DNA of 64,000 nucleotides, from contig CBDDPY010000002.1 in the NCBI GenBank assembly GCA_965232515.1, forward strand, positions 5,664,001-5,728,000, in the 5' to 3' direction. How positions within the stretch are numbered: position 1 is the stretch's first letter; every line of letters begins with the position of its first letter. The notes beneath the pieces were generated by a model. The model saw nothing but the letters and a program-made list of their open reading frames with translations, ran no database searches and had not been told where the DNA came from. The translations under genes and the position numbers were made by a program. This document shows, piece after piece, positions 38,533 to 49,144 of the stretch. Source of the stretch: Alphaproteobacteria bacterium. GTDB lineage: Bacteria > Pseudomonadota > Alphaproteobacteria > GCA-2731375.

Positions 38533-39765
38533 TCAGTAATCGACCGCGTCACGCAGAACCGGACAGGTCATGCAGTGGCCGCCGCCGCGGCCGCGGCCCA
38601 GTTCGTTGCCGGCGATGGTCACGACCTCGACGCCGGCCTTGCGCAGCAACGTGTTGGTGTAGGTATTGCGCTCGTAGGCGACGACCACGCCCGGCTCCAG
38701 GGCGACGACGTTGTTGCCGTCGTCCCACTGCTCGCGCTCGGCCTCGTAGGCGTCGCCGCCGGTATGCACCCGGCGCAGCGACGACAGGCCCAGCGCCTCG
38801 GCGACCACCGTGGGGAAGTCCTTGTTTTCCTCGGTGATCGAGAGCTCGCCCTCCTTGTCGCCGGGCCGCAGCGAGAACGGCCGGATCGTGTCCACCACGT
38901 CGGGGAACATGTTCACGAGGTCGCGGTCGCAGAAGGTGAACACGGTATCCAGATGCATGGCCGCGCGTTCTTTCGGCATCGCCGCGGCGATCACATGGCT
39001 GGCGCCGCCCTTGGCGAACAGCTGGCGCGCGATCTGCCCCACCGCCTGCGGCGTCGTCCGCTCGCCCATGCCGATCAGCACCACGCCGTTGCCGATGGGC
39101 TGGATGTCGCCGCCCTCGACGAAGGCCATGCCGTGGCCGTTCTCGACGTCGTCGCCCCACCAGAACTCGAACTCGGCCGCCTTGAACATCGGGTGGAACT
39201 TGTAGATCGCCGCCGTGTTCAGCGTTTCCTGCCGTCGCGCCGGCCAGAACATGGGATGCAGGGTCACGCCGCCATAGATCCAGGCCGACGGGTCGCGGGT
39301 GAACAGCTGGTTCGGCAGCGGCGCCAGTACGAATTCCTGCGGCTCCAGAAGCTTGGCCAGCATGCCGTTAGGCTCGAACGGCAGCTCCGCGCGGCTGATG
39401 CCGCCGATCAGATGCACCGAGAGCTGATAGGCGTCCATTTCCATTAGCCAGGCGTGCAGGTCCTGGGCGATGCCGACGCCGACCACGTTCTCGGAGATCC
39501 GCAAGTTCAGCAGCCATTCGCGCGCCGCCATGTCGCGCATGGTCTCCTCCAGCAGCTCACGGAACAGATAGACCTCGATGCCGCGATGGCGCATTTCGTC
39601 GACGAAGGCCAGATGCTCCTGGCGTGCCTGCTTGACCCATAGGACGTCGTCGAACAGCAGCTCGTGGCAGTTGGTCGGCGTCAGGCGCGAGATCGCCAGG
39701 CCCGGGCGATGCACGATCACCTTCCGCAGCTTGCCGATCTCCGAATGGACCCCAAGTTTCGTCAT
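38533..39765 (-). CDS. arcA: Arginine deiminase
   Basis: [38 protein letters not shown]. Confidence 0.95.
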   Translation of the reverse strand: MTKLGVHSEIGKLRKVIVHRPGLAISRLTPTNCHELLFDDVLWVKQARQEHLAFVDEMRHRGIEVYLFRELLEETMRDMAAREWLLNLRISENVVGVGIAQDLHAWLMEMDAYQLSVHLIGGISRAELPFEPNGMLAKLLEPQEFVLAPLPNQLFTRDPSAWIYGGVTLHPMFWPARRQETLNTAAIYKFHPMFKAAEFEFWWGDDVENGHGMAFVEGGDIQPIGNGVVLIGMGERTTPQAVGQIARQLFAKGGASHVIAAAMPKERAAMHLDTVFTFCDRDLVNMFPDVVDTIRPFSLRPGDKEGELSITEENKDFPTVVAEALGLSSLRRVHTGGDAYEAEREQWDDGNNVVALEPGVVVAYERNTYTNTLLRKAGVEVVTIAGNELGRGRGGGHCMTCPVLRDAVDY

Positions 39766-41159
39766 GTCGCGTCTCCTTGATTGACCGCCGTCCCCAAATC
39801 GGATGTGTGGTTGCGCCATTTCAGCCAGACATAGACCGGCACGCCGGCGATCAGCAGCAGGAAGCCGTAGAAGACGATCTCTCGGCCGGCCCCATAGATC
39901 GCCCAGGCGGAATAGAGGAAGCCGATCACGGCCAGCCCGAACACGGGCGCCAGACCCTTCCGGGCGACCGTGTGGCCGCGGGTGACATAGATCATCAGCT
40001 CCGCCAGCGCGCAGAACAGGTAGGGCACCAGCGTCGTCAGCGTCGCCAATAGGATGATGAAGACGAATTGGTCGACCAGGCCCTTGGTGAAGTTCATGGC
40101 GATCAGCAGGCTCGCCAGCGTGTTCGAGACGATGAGCGCGAAGACCGGCGTCCTGGCCTTGGACAGGCGGGCGAACTGGCGTGGAAACAGGTCGTCGCGG
40201 GCCGCGCCCAGCGGCACTTGGCCGGTCAGCATGGTGAAGCCGTTCAGCGTGCCGAAGGTCGAGATGCAGGCCGCGACCGCAATGAACGTGCCGCCCGCCG
40301 CGCCCCACATGACCACCGCGACGTCCGCCAGCGGCGCGCTGGAGGTCTGCAGGTCGGTCAGCGGCGCGACGCCCAGCGCGACGATTGTCACGACGATATA
40401 GACCGCGGCCGCCAGGCTGGTGCCCAGGATGGTGGCGCGCGGGATCGTGCGTTCGGGCTCGGCCACATCGCCGGCCGGCACGGTCGCGGACTCCAGGCCC
40501 AGGAAGGCCCACAGCGTCAGCGCGGCGCAGGCGGCGATCGCGGCGGCGTTGCTTTCCTGGCTGACGTTCACGGGCGTGAAGTTGCCGGGTGAAACATAGG
40601 CGAGGCCGATGACAGCGATCAGCAAAAGCGGCACGACTTTCAGGACCGTCGTCACCAGCTGGATCGTGCCGGCCTCGCGCACGCCGCGGATGTTGACCCA
40701 GGTCAGCAGCCAGATCGCGCCGAGCGCCGTCGCCAGCCCGGCGAGCGGGCTGTCGCCGATGACGGGAAACAGAAATCCGACATAGCCCGAGAAGGCCACC
40801 GCGACCGCCGCGTTGCCGGCCCACAGCGCGATCCAGTAGCCCCAGGCGATGAGAAATCCGGCGAAATCGCCGAAGCCCTCCCGCGAATAGGCGTACGGGC
40901 CGCCGGTCTTCGGCACCAGGCGGGCGAGGCGGCCGAAGATCAGCGCCAGCACAATGGCGCCGGTCGAGGTAACGAGCCAGCCGGCGATCGAGATCGGACC
41001 GTAGGCGGCGAGCGCGGCGGGCAGCAGAAAGATGCCCGATCCGATCATGTTGCCGACCACCAGGGCCGTGCACATCCACAACCCGAGCTTGCCGGCGGAC
41101 GCGGCGTCGCCGGGCGCTGGCTTCAGCGCCGCCGCGATCGCCATGTCGTCGTTCGGCAT
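39762..41159 (-). CDS. APC-family amino acid permease (arginine/ornithine antiporter-like)
   Basis: [28 protein letters not shown]; directly upstream of arcA. Confidence 0.85.
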   Translation of the reverse strand: MPNDDMAIAAALKPAPGDAASAGKLGLWMCTALVVGNMIGSGIFLLPAALAAYGPISIAGWLVTSTGAIVLALIFGRLARLVPKTGGPYAYSREGFGDFAGFLIAWGYWIALWAGNAAVAVAFSGYVGFLFPVIGDSPLAGLATALGAIWLLTWVNIRGVREAGTIQLVTTVLKVVPLLLIAVIGLAYVSPGNFTPVNVSQESNAAAIAACAALTLWAFLGLESATVPAGDVAEPERTIPRATILGTSLAAAVYIVVTIVALGVAPLTDLQTSSAPLADVAVVMWGAAGGTFIAVAACISTFGTLNGFTMLTGQVPLGAARDDLFPRQFARLSKARTPVFALIVSNTLASLLIAMNFTKGLVDQFVFIILLATLTTLVPYLFCALAELMIYVTRGHTVARKGLAPVFGLAVIGFLYSAWAIYGAGREIVFYGFLLLIAGVPVYVWLKWRNHTSDLGTAVNQGDAT

Positions 41160-41170
41160 GCCGTCCGTTC

Positions 41171-42586
41171 CTATTGCAGCAGCGTCGCGACGCTGATCGC
41201 CGCCATGATGATCACGGTCAGGATCACCAGCAGCGGCCACATGAAGCGCAGCCAGCGCTCGTACGGCACCCGGCCCAACGCCAGGCCGCCCATGACCACG
41301 GCGAAGGTCGGGTTGACCAGGTTCACCAGGCCGCTCGCCGACTGATAGGCCGTCACCACCAGAGCGCGCTGGACATCGGCAAAGTCGGCCAGCGGCGCCA
41401 TGATCGGCATGGTCAGCACGGCCAGGCCGGAGGACGAGGGCACGAAGAACGACAGCGCCACCTCGATCCCGAACATGGCGTTGATGAAGCCGATGGCGGA
41501 CAGGCCGCTGACCGCGCCCTCGGCCCAGAACAGGATGGTGTCGGTCATCTTGCCGGCGTCCATCACCACGACGATGCCGCGGGCGATGCCGATGACCAGC
41601 GCGACGCCCAGCAGATCGCGGGCGCCGTCGACGAAGGTGTTGGTGAAGTCTTCCTCGCTCATGCGGGCGATCACGCCAACGACGATCGCGGCGACGATGA
41701 ACAACCCCGACATCTCGGCCATCCACCAGCCGCCGGCCGACACGCCCCAGATCATCACCGCGAAGCTGCCGGCGAAGATCAGCAGCACGATCTTGCGCGT
41801 CAGCGTGAATTCCAGCAGATCCGAATTCTCGGACGCTTCACGACCCTTCAGGAAATGCTCCTCGTTCGACGCCCGCCGGTCGGCGACGATCGAGCGCTCG
41901 GGGTCCTGCCTTACCCGTTCCGCGTAGCGCATCACGTAGACCACGCAGGCGAGCCAGCACAGGATCAGGATGACGAAGCGGAGGATGATCCCGTCCGTGA
42001 ACGGCACGCCGGCCGCGTTCGCCGCGATCACCGTGGCGAACGGGTTGATGGTCGAGCCCAGCGTACCGACGCCGGCGCCCAGCATGATGATGGCGACGCC
42101 GGTGACGGCGTCGTAGCGGGCCGCGATCATCACCGGGATGATCAGGGTGTAGAAGGCGAGCGATTCCTCGGCCATGCCGTAGATCGTGCCGCCGGCCGCG
42201 AACAGCGCCATCAGGATCGGGATCATCCATTTTTCCCGGCCCCGCAGCCGGCTCATGGCCCGCTCGATGCCGGCGTCGATGGCGCCTGTTTTGGTGACGA
42301 TGCCCAGAAAGCCGCCGATGATCAGCACGAACAAGGCGACGTCGATGGCGCGCGCCTCATAGCTGCCGGGATCGAAGAACCCGGCGATCGGCGCGAGCAC
42401 GATATCGACGAACCCCTGCGGGTTCGGCGCGACCTCCTTATAGGTGCCGGGGACGGGCACGTCCCGGCCCAGCGCTTCGTTCAGTTGCCGGTCGTATTCG
42501 CCCGCCGGCACGAACCAAGTGGCGATGGCGACCACGACGATCAGGCCGAAAAGAATGGTGTAGGCACTCGGAAACTTGAGCTTCAT
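41171..42586 (-). CDS. YfcC family transporter (putative arginine/ornithine antiporter)
   Basis: [33 protein letters not shown]. Confidence 0.85.
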   Translation of the reverse strand: MKLKFPSAYTILFGLIVVVAIATWFVPAGEYDRQLNEALGRDVPVPGTYKEVAPNPQGFVDIVLAPIAGFFDPGSYEARAIDVALFVLIIGGFLGIVTKTGAIDAGIERAMSRLRGREKWMIPILMALFAAGGTIYGMAEESLAFYTLIIPVMIAARYDAVTGVAIIMLGAGVGTLGSTINPFATVIAANAAGVPFTDGIILRFVILILCWLACVVYVMRYAERVRQDPERSIVADRRASNEEHFLKGREASENSDLLEFTLTRKIVLLIFAGSFAVMIWGVSAGGWWMAEMSGLFIVAAIVVGVIARMSEEDFTNTFVDGARDLLGVALVIGIARGIVVVMDAGKMTDTILFWAEGAVSGLSAIGFINAMFGIEVALSFFVPSSSGLAVLTMPIMAPLADFADVQRALVVTAYQSASGLVNLVNPTFAVVMGGLALGRVPYERWLRFMWPLLVILTVIIMAAISVATLLQ

Positions 42587-42650
42587 GTGATGCGTCCCCC
42601 ACGGACCGGCCGCCGACATCGGCCAGCACGATTACGAAGCTGTCGTCACG

Positions 42651-43568
42651 TCACTCCGGCAGCGCGGTCATGAGAAAACGCCTCACGACGCCGCGACCCG
42701 GGCGTCCGAAGTAACGCGCAAAGATCGGCACGACCTCGAGCGTGCGGTAGACCCTGGACAGGCTCCGATCGACCAGCAATCGGAAGTCCTCGTCCCGTTT
42801 TGCCAGGGCCAGACCGTACGGCTCGTGGGTATACAGCCGCTCGCCGATCACGAATTGATCTGCATCATCGGCCGTCTCCAGCAGGCCCAGAAGGATGGCG
42901 CGATCCGCGAAATAGGCGTCGAGCGCGCCCTCGCCGACCTGTCGAAGGCCGTCGTTGTGGCTGTCGACGGTGACCAGCGTGGCGTTCGAGGCAAGGAACC
43001 TGATGCCGCCGCGCAGCCAGGTTTCCGCCGTCGTGTTGGCGCGCACGCCGAAGGTCCGGTCGGTGAAGGCCTGGAACAGGGCGGCGCGGGCCGGCAGCGT
43101 CGACCGCCGCTTCGCCAGCGTGTCCTGCAGGAACCTTGGCGCATCGGCCCGCATCACCGCCGCGACCCCGGTGCGGAAGATCGGGATCGAGAAAGAGACG
43201 AGTTCGCGCCGTTCGAGCGTCACGGTGCTGGCGCCGCACAGGATGTCGACCCGACCGTCGGCGACGGCCTGGAAACGCTCCTCGGTCGACACCGGCAGAT
43301 ATTCGACGGCCAGCTCTTCCAGTTCGAGCGTGGCCTTCACATCGAGCGCGATCTCGCGGCAGAGTTCGACGGTGTACCCGCTCGGGTCACCGGCCTCGTT
43401 CTTGAAGGAAAACGGCGCCGCGTCCTCGCGGTAGCCGATCTTGAAAACGCCGGCTTCCGCGACGCGTTCCAGCGTTTGCGCGACGGCCGGCGCCGCAACG
43501 AGTGGCAAGAGCAGCGCACTGATGAGCATCGCCGATACGCTAAGTCCGCGTCTGGATGTGACTGTCAT
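42651..43568 (-). CDS. Amino acid ABC transporter substrate-binding protein
   Basis: Signal peptide; IGYREDAAPFSF, DILCG...T.ERR, EPYG. Confidence 0.85.
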   Translation of the reverse strand: MTVTSRRGLSVSAMLISALLLPLVAAPAVAQTLERVAEAGVFKIGYREDAAPFSFKNEAGDPSGYTVELCREIALDVKATLELEELAVEYLPVSTEERFQAVADGRVDILCGASTVTLERRELVSFSIPIFRTGVAAVMRADAPRFLQDTLAKRRSTLPARAALFQAFTDRTFGVRANTTAETWLRGGIRFLASNATLVTVDSHNDGLRQVGEGALDAYFADRAILLGLLETADDADQFVIGERLYTHEPYGLALAKRDEDFRLLVDRSLSRVYRTLEVVPIFARYFGRPGRGVVRRFLMTALPE

Positions 43569-43814
43569 GTCATTCCATCCCGGTCTGCCGAGCTTCCACG
43601 AACGCGAACGGCAACAGTGCGCAACGCTTAGCACCACGACGCCGCCCGACGCCTGACCTATCTCAAAGACAGGCGCCGGATCTGCGGGCTCTCTGAAGGC
43701 ATGTGTTGTTCAGCGGACAATTGTCCTGTTCACCGTCCGATGGTCACAGAATGGTCACAACGTCTGGTTGCGGAACCGGTCGGGGTACGCTGTCGCTAAT
43801 TCTTGAGAGGGGTC

Positions 43815-46181
43815 ATGGCTGACGTTCTGTCGAACGAGGAATTCCAGGCGATCGACGCCTATTGGCGGGCGGCGAATTACCTGTCCGTCGGGCAGATCTA
43901 TCTGCTCGACAACCCGCTGCTGAAACAGCCGCTCGAGCTCGCGCACATCAAGCCGCGGCTGCTGGGGCATTGGGGCACGACGCCCGGCCTGAACTTTATC
44001 TACGTGCACCTGAACCGGCTGATCCGGAACCGGGATCTCGACATGATTTACGTGGCCGGTCCAGGACATGGTGGGCCGGGCCTGCTGGCCAACACCTATC
44101 TCGAGGGCAGCTACAGCGAGGTCTATCCCAACGTCTCACGGGACGCCGGTGGCATGCGGCGGCTGTTCAAGCAGTTCTCGTTTCCGGGCGGCGTGCCGAG
44201 CCACGTGGCGCCGGAAACGCCGGGCTCGATCCACGAGGGCGGCGAGCTCGGCTATGCGCTCTCGCACGCCTACGGCGCGGCGTTCGACAACCCCGATTTG
44301 CTCGTCGCCTGCGTCGTCGGCGACGGCGAGGCCGAGACCGGGCCGCTGGCCACGGCCTGGCATTCGAACAAGTTCCTCAATCCGGCCCGAGACGGCGCGG
44401 TGCTGCCGATCCTGCATCTGAACGGCTACAAGATCGCCAACCCGACCGTGCTCGCCCGCATCAGCGAGCAGGAGCTCGAAAGCCTGTTCGTCGGCTACGG
44501 CTACAAGCCGCATATCGTCGCCGGCGACGAACCCGAACGCATGCACCAGCAGATGGCCGCCACGCTCGACGCCGTCGCCGCCGAGATCCAGGAGATCCAG
44601 CAACAGGCGCGCAGCGGCGGCTTCACCGAACGCCCGCGTTGGCCGATGATCGTCCTACGCACGCCCAAGGGCTGGACCGGGCCGAAAGAAGTCGAGGGCA
44701 AGAAGGCCGAAGGCTCCTGGCGGTCGCATCAAGTGCCGCTGTCCAGTATGGCGGCGAAGCCCGCTAACGTCGGCCTGCTGGAAGACTGGCTGAAAAGCTA
44801 CCGGCCCGACGAACTGTTCGACGAAGCCGGCAGTCTGAAACCCGAGCTCGCGGCGCTCGCGCCCGAGGGCAACCGCCGCATGGGCGCCAATCCGCACGCG
44901 AACGGCGGCGTGCTGCTGAAAGATCTGCGGCTGCCGGACTTCCGCGACTACGCCGTTGCGGTCGACCAACCCGGCGCGGCCAGGGCCGAGGCGACTCGCG
45001 TGATGGGCCAGTTGCTGCGCGACGTCATGGCCGGCAACGAAGATCACAGCAATTTCCGCGTGTTCGGCCCGGACGAGACCGCATCTAACCGCCTAAGCGC
45101 CGTGTTCGAGGTGACGGATCGCGCCTGGACCGCCGAGACCGTCGACGGCGACGATCATCTGTCGCCGGACGGCCGGGTCATGGAGATCCTCAGCGAACAT
45201 ACCTGCCAGGGCTGGCTCGAGGGTTATCTGCTGACCGGCCGGCACGGCCTGTTCTCGACCTACGAGGCCTTCGTGCACGTCATCGACTCCATGTTCAACC
45301 AGCACGCCAAATGGCTGAAGTCGACCAGCCAGGAAATCCCCTGGCGCCGCCCGATCGCGTCCTTGAATTACCTCCTGACCTCGCACGTCTGGCGCCAGGA
45401 CCATAACGGCTTCAGCCACCAGGACCCCGGCTTCATCGATCATGTCGTCAACAAGAAGGCCGACGTGATCCGGGTCTACTTCCCGCCCGACGCCAACACG
45501 CTGCTGCACGTTACAGACGACTGCCTGCGCAGCCGCAACAAGGTCAACGTCATCGTCGCCGGCAAGCAGCCGCAGCCGCAATGGCTGGACATGGACGCCG
45601 CCGTCAAGCACTGCGCCGCCGGCATCGGCATCTGGGCCTGGGCCAGCAACGACCAGGGCGCCGAGCCGGACGTGGTCATGGCCTGCTGCGGCGACGTGCC
45701 GACCATCGAAACGCTGGCCGCGGTCCAGATCCTGCGCGAGCAGGCGCCCGAGCTGAAGGTCCGTGTCATCAACGTGGTCGACCTGATGCGGCTGCAGCCG
45801 CGCGAGGAGCATCCGCACGGCCTCTCCGACAAGGCGTTCGACGTGCTCTTCACCACGGACAAGCCGATCATCTTCGCCTATCACGGCTATCCCTGGCTGA
45901 TCCACCGGCTGACCTACCGGCGCACCAACCACGACAATCTGCACGTCCGCGGCTACAAGGAGGAGGGCACCACCACCACCCCTTTCGACATGGCCGTGCG
46001 CAACGACATCGATCGCTTCCATCTGGTCGAGGACGTCATCGACCGGGTGCCCAAGCTCGGCCCCCGCGCGGCCTACGCCAAGCAGGCCGTCCGCGACAAG
46101 CTGATCGAGCACAAGCAGTACATCCGCACCCACGGCGAGGACATGCCGGAAATCCGCGACTGGAAATGGTCGCTGTCGTAG
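43815..46181 (+). CDS. xfp: Phosphoketolase (Xfp)
   Basis: [42 protein letters not shown]. Confidence 0.95.
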   Translation: MADVLSNEEFQAIDAYWRAANYLSVGQIYLLDNPLLKQPLELAHIKPRLLGHWGTTPGLNFIYVHLNRLIRNRDLDMIYVAGPGHGGPGLLANTYLEGSYSEVYPNVSRDAGGMRRLFKQFSFPGGVPSHVAPETPGSIHEGGELGYALSHAYGAAFDNPDLLVACVVGDGEAETGPLATAWHSNKFLNPARDGAVLPILHLNGYKIANPTVLARISEQELESLFVGYGYKPHIVAGDEPERMHQQMAATLDAVAAEIQEIQQQARSGGFTERPRWPMIVLRTPKGWTGPKEVEGKKAEGSWRSHQVPLSSMAAKPANVGLLEDWLKSYRPDELFDEAGSLKPELAALAPEGNRRMGANPHANGGVLLKDLRLPDFRDYAVAVDQPGAARAEATRVMGQLLRDVMAGNEDHSNFRVFGPDETASNRLSAVFEVTDRAWTAETVDGDDHLSPDGRVMEILSEHTCQGWLEGYLLTGRHGLFSTYEAFVHVIDSMFNQHAKWLKSTSQEIPWRRPIASLNYLLTSHVWRQDHNGFSHQDPGFIDHVVNKKADVIRVYFPPDANTLLHVTDDCLRSRNKVNVIVAGKQPQPQWLDMDAAVKHCAAGIGIWAWASNDQGAEPDVVMACCGDVPTIETLAAVQILREQAPELKVRVINVVDLMRLQPREEHPHGLSDKAFDVLFTTDKPIIFAYHGYPWLIHRLTYRRTNHDNLHVRGYKEEGTTTTPFDMAVRNDIDRFHLVEDVIDRVPKLGPRAAYAKQAVRDKLIEHKQYIRTHGEDMPEIRDWKWSLS

Positions 46182-46197
46182 GCCGCGCTGGCGGCCG

Positions 46198-46614
46198 TCA
46201 GCCTTCGCGGTCGCAGTTCACCATCCAGGGGATACCGAACCTGTCGGTCAGCATGCCGAAGCGGATCGCCCAGAACGTCTCCTCGATGGGCATGCGCACG
46301 GTCCCGCCGTCCGCCAGCGCGTGGAACACGCGTTCGGCGTCCTCGGCGCTCTCCATCTGCAGCGAGATGGAAAACCCGGTCGGCGTCTGCCGGCGGTCGG
46401 GCGGCGTGTCCGAGCCCATCAGCACCTGATCGCCGATGACGAGGCGGGCGTGCATGATCTTCTCGCCCCATTCCTTCGGCGCGAAGTCCTCGGCGGGCGA
46501 GCCCGCGAACGGCAGCATGGCCTCGATCTCGCCGCCCAACACCTCTTCGTAGAACCGGAACGCCGCCGCGCAGTCGCCGCCAAACTCCAGGTAAGGATTA
46601 ATCCGCATCTGCAT
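46198..46614 (-). CDS. VOC/PhnB-like protein
   Basis: INPYLEF.G, IMHARL, TFWA.RFGMLTDRFG.PW. Confidence 0.9.
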   Translation of the reverse strand: MQMRINPYLEFGGDCAAAFRFYEEVLGGEIEAMLPFAGSPAEDFAPKEWGEKIMHARLVIGDQVLMGSDTPPDRRQTPTGFSISLQMESAEDAERVFHALADGGTVRMPIEETFWAIRFGMLTDRFGIPWMVNCDREG

Positions 46615-46727
46615 TGCCTCCTTCACGACCACCGCGAGCAGTCGATGTTGCGACACAGTTCCGAACCCGTGGTCTCGAATCCTACCAGCTTTACCTTTGA
46701 GTTAGCGCGGTCATGGAAACTGTGTCC

Positions 46728-47630
46728 TTAGTCGATCCGTCTTGCATCGTCGACGGCGAAGGCTTCGACGATGCGGGCATAGCGTTCGCCGTCTCGGAAG
46801 CCACCGTGACTGACCAGGTAGTAGCCGCGCTCCGATGTCAGCGGCTGATCGAAGACGGTCACCAGCACGCCGCTCCGCAGCAGATCGGCGATCACCTCGG
46901 TCCAGCCCAGGGCGACGCCCAGGCCCTGGATCGCCTGATGGATGGCGATGCCGTGGTTGGTCAACAGCGCGCTGTGATCGACAGCGTCGGCGTCGGGCGC
47001 GAACCGGGCCTGCCAATCGTCCCAGGTGAACCAGCGGTTCTCCGGATCCTCGAGATGGATCAGCGGCCCGTTGCGCAGCAGCTCCGCCGGGGTGAGGTCG
47101 CCGAGCCGGGCCCGCAGTGCCGGCGCGCAGACCGGCACCACCGATTCATGAAACAGCAGTTCCGCCCTGACGCCCGGCCAGCTGCCGTCGCCGAATAGGA
47201 TTGCGCAGTCCACATCGTGCGGCGAGATCTCCGCGTCGAGCTCGCTGGTGACGATGCGAACGCTGAGATCCGGACGGTTCGCCCGCAGGCGGGCGAGGCG
47301 CGGCAGGACCCAATACGATGCGATCCCGGGATAGGTGGCGAGCGTGATCGGTCCCGTGTTCCGGCGGTCGCGCAGCCGCGCGCTGGCCCGGGCCAACTCG
47401 TCCAGCGCGGTTGAGACCGTGGGATAGAGCTCGTTGGCCTCCGACGTCGGCACCACGTTGTTGGCTTGCTTGCGGAACAGCCGGGTTCCCAGATCTTTTT
47501 CCAGCGCCCGGATCTGGTGGCTGATGGCGGGCTGCTTGACGTTGAGTTCGCCCGCGGCCTTGGTGAAGCTGCCGAGCCGGTAGCAGGCTTCAAACGCCCG
47601 GACAGCTTTCAAAGGCGGAAGATCCCGCAT
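46728..47630 (-). CDS. LysR family regulator (GcvA-like)
   Basis: LPPLKAVRAFEA...SFTKAA.EL...Q.AISHQIR.LE. Confidence 0.9.
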   Translation of the reverse strand: MRDLPPLKAVRAFEACYRLGSFTKAAGELNVKQPAISHQIRALEKDLGTRLFRKQANNVVPTSEANELYPTVSTALDELARASARLRDRRNTGPITLATYPGIASYWVLPRLARLRANRPDLSVRIVTSELDAEISPHDVDCAILFGDGSWPGVRAELLFHESVVPVCAPALRARLGDLTPAELLRNGPLIHLEDPENRWFTWDDWQARFAPDADAVDHSALLTNHGIAIHQAIQGLGVALGWTEVIADLLRSGVLVTVFDQPLTSERGYYLVSHGGFRDGERYARIVEAFAVDDARRID

Positions 47631-47899
47631 GTCGGCTCATCGATTTTTTCGATAATGGCATGAAGTTTATCGACGTTTATCCGCTAAGCAAGTCCTGTTG
47701 GAATCGGGATCTGGAACGATCGATTCCAATTAGAAAAATAATAGACCCAGGGGACCGCTCCGGTGAGGAGCCATGGCGGTAATGCGCAAGCGATGAGTGG
47801 GTATCGGCACCGCGCGGAGATCTTCCGGATCTGCCCGTGAGCGCGGAATCGGGTGTGCACGACGTCATCGCGTCGGCGCCAGGCTTCGGACCCGATCCG

Positions 47900-49021
47900 A
47901 TGTCGGTGCCGACGATTGCCATATCGCGCCGGACGCGCGCCACGCCATTCACGGACCGGGTGAAGGCCGCCGGCGTCAAGTCGTACACCGTTTATAACCA
48001 TATGCTGCTGGCGACCGTCTTCCGGTCGCTGGAGGAAGACTACTGGCACCTCTGCCAGCACGTTCAGGTCTGGGACGTGAGCTGTCAGCGCCAGATCGAA
48101 CTGCACGGACCGGACGCCGCCCGGCTGGTACAGCTGATGACGCCGCGCGATCTCAGTCGGGCCGTGATCGGGCAATGCCTTTATGCGCCGATCGTCGACG
48201 ACGCGGGCGGTCTGCTCAATGATCCCGTGGTCCTGAAGCTGGACGACGACCGCTACTGGCTGTCGATCGCCGACAGCGACCTGCTGTTTTGGGCCAAGGG
48301 GCTGGCGCTGGGCTTCGCGCTCGACGTCGAGGTCACGGAAGCGGACGTGTTTCCGCTCGCGGTTCAGGGACCGAGGGCGGACGACCTGATGGTCCGGGTG
48401 TTCGGCGAGGCGGTGCGCGAGATCGGCTTCTTCCGCTTCGCCCGGCTATCGTTTCAGGCGCACCCACTGGTGATATCGCGCTCCGGCTGGAGCAAGCAGG
48501 GCGGTTTCGAGATTTATCTCGATGCACCCTCGCTCGGCCCCGAATTGTGGGATGCCCTCATGCAGGCCGGCGCCGACCTCGATGTCGGGCCGGGCTGTCC
48601 CAACCTGATCGAGCGGGTCGAAAGCGGTCTCTTGTCCTACGGCAACGAGATGACGCGCCAGAACAATCCATACGAGGTCGGCCTGGACCGCTACTGCAAG
48701 CTCGACGGCCCCTGGTTTATCGGCAAGCCGGCGCTGCAACGGATCAAGGCCGCCGGACCGGCCCGTCGGCTGCGCGGTATGCGTTTCGAGGGCGCGCCGA
48801 CGCGCGTGTCCACGACGTCCTGGGCGATCCGGTCCGGCGGCGCTCTGGTCGGGCGGCTGCCGACGGCCGTGTGGTCGCCGCGCTTCGGCGCCAACATCGG
48901 TTTCGCCATGATGGAACGGGGTTGGTGGGATGCCGGCACAGAGGTCGAGATTGACGTGGCCGACGGCAGCCTTCGCCGAGGCCGGGTTTGCGATTTGCCG
49001 TTTGCGGAGACCACTGGCTGA
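47900..49021 (+). CDS. dmdA: Dimethylsulfoniopropionate demethylase (GcvT family)
   Basis: YTVYNHMLL..VF...HVQVWDVSC, PLAVQGPRADDLM.RVFG, RSGWSKQGGFEIY and GCPN.IERVESGLLSYGN closely match Roseobacter DmdA as recalled. Confidence 0.85.
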   Translation: MSVPTIAISRRTRATPFTDRVKAAGVKSYTVYNHMLLATVFRSLEEDYWHLCQHVQVWDVSCQRQIELHGPDAARLVQLMTPRDLSRAVIGQCLYAPIVDDAGGLLNDPVVLKLDDDRYWLSIADSDLLFWAKGLALGFALDVEVTEADVFPLAVQGPRADDLMVRVFGEAVREIGFFRFARLSFQAHPLVISRSGWSKQGGFEIYLDAPSLGPELWDALMQAGADLDVGPGCPNLIERVESGLLSYGNEMTRQNNPYEVGLDRYCKLDGPWFIGKPALQRIKAAGPARRLRGMRFEGAPTRVSTTSWAIRSGGALVGRLPTAVWSPRFGANIGFAMMERGWWDAGTEVEIDVADGSLRRGRVCDLPFAETTG

Positions 49022-49144
49022 ACGGGGTGGCCTCGTGCTGTGCGGTTGGACGGAGAGGAAACGGTAGCGCGTTCATCAAGTTAACGGGGCACCGGCGTGT
49101 CTGAGGGCCGCGTCGGCCCGACAACAACATATGGGAGGTTGCGC

